DNA of 34,599 nucleotides, from assembly GCA_039683575.1 (NCBI GenBank), contig JBDKRC010000224.1:1-34599 (forward strand). The letters run 5' to 3'. The stretch's first letter is position 1, and the number at the start of each line of letters is the position of its first letter. Below are positions 33,878-34,599 of the stretch, piece after piece. The notes under the pieces are model-generated. The model did no database searches, was not told the DNA's origin, and saw only the letters and a list, made by a program, of their open reading frames with translations. Both the position numbers and the translations under genes were made by a program. Origin of the DNA: Armatimonadia bacterium. Lineage in GTDB: Bacteria; Armatimonadota; Zipacnadia; Zipacnadales; UBA11051.

Positions 33878-33920
33878 CATCCTGCCCATCCGTCGTTATC
33901 CTGTCCATCCTGACAAGCTC
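33878..33920 (-). repeat. CAGGAT-periodic element (family D), copy 5 (minus strand)
   Basis: Reverse complement reads gagcttgtcaggatggacaggataacgacggatgggcaggatg. Confidence 0.85.
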
Positions 33921-33937
33921 TTCCCGAGGCCACCAAC

Positions 33938-34369
33938 ATGCTAACAGGTATCTCACCTCTCCTCAGTCCCGACCTCCTCGCCACCCTCTCCCGCATGGGC
34001 CACGGCGATGAAATCGTCCTCGCCGACGCTCACTTCCCCGGCGAGACCATCGGCAAGCTGACCCTCCGCGCCGACGGCCTGCGCATCCCGGACCTCCTCG
34101 ACGCCATCCTGCCGCTCTTCGAACTCGACGCCTATGTCGAGGACCCGGTAGCAATGATGGCCCCGGTCCCCGGCGACTCCCTCGACCCCGCGGTCGAGCA
34201 AGCGTATCGCACGGCCATAGACCGCCACGCCCCTGCGACCCCGCCCATAGCCCGGGTCGAGCGCTACGCCTTCTACGAGCGCGCCAAACAAGCTTTCGCA
34301 GTAGTAATGACCGGCGAGACCGCCAAGTACGGCAACATCATCCTCAAAAAGGGCGTCACACCCCTCTAG
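33938..34369 (+). CDS. fucU: L-fucose mutarotase (RbsD/FucU family)
   Basis: [41 protein letters not shown]. Confidence 0.93.
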   Translation: MLTGISPLLSPDLLATLSRMGHGDEIVLADAHFPGETIGKLTLRADGLRIPDLLDAILPLFELDAYVEDPVAMMAPVPGDSLDPAVEQAYRTAIDRHAPATPPIARVERYAFYERAKQAFAVVMTGETAKYGNIILKKGVTPL

Positions 34370-34384
34370 AGCGCACGTCAGGCA

Positions 34385-34599
34385 GGGGGCGCCTCTGTTG
34401 CACGCGGCGCGTTCCGCTGTAGGGCGCATCCGTTGCACGTGCGCCTCTGCTGTAGGGCGGGGGCTCCGTACCCCGCCGGCCGTTATCACAGACCATCGCA
34501 CAGCGCGGGCCTCCCTCCCGCCTGTCCCTGGGGATGCATCCGCTGCACGTGCGCTGTAGGGCGTAGCGACGTCTGCGTCGCAGGGGGCTCGTACCCCGC
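34385..34599. repeat. Cluster of GTAG-type REP-like hairpins, including a family-A half element
   Basis: tgtagggcgcatccgttgcacgtgcgcc; tgtagggcgggggctccgtaccccgccggccg (from 34451, identical to 409-440); tgtagggcg...gggggctcgtaccccgc at the window end. Confidence 0.8.

Overview
High-GC bacterial chromosomal window devoted mostly to carbohydrate catabolism. It carries an MFS permease, a Gfo/Idh/MocA oxidoreductase, GH151/GHL6-like, GH31 and GH42-like hydrolases, one unclassified GH-like protein, a CE4-type deacetylase, an ASRT-family protein, a compact FGGY-like kinase, a DegT aminotransferase with AraC regulator, a URO-D-family protein and fucU. It also has glnA, an M24-fold hydrolase, an ABC-F ATPase, a serine hydrolase, a GntR(YtrA)-SPFH pair, an HTH-antitoxin/RelE module, an orphan RHH protein and a secreted metzincin. 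The most striking signals are non-coding or semi-coding. (1) A four-helix-bundle (Avd/23S-IVP-like) gene is bracketed by about five 9-mer repeats per side in inverted orientation. (2) A 77-nt palindromic element occurs intergenically and also in frame inside two different genes, one of them a P-loop ATPase at the left edge that the ORF track missed. (3) A conserved ~45-nt CAGGAT-periodic element lies upstream of five genes. (4) Several further REP-like families are present. (5) The + strand flips from C-rich to G-rich and back. No rRNA, tRNA, CRISPR array or transposase was seen. All protein calls come from motif recognition by eye; no database search was run.
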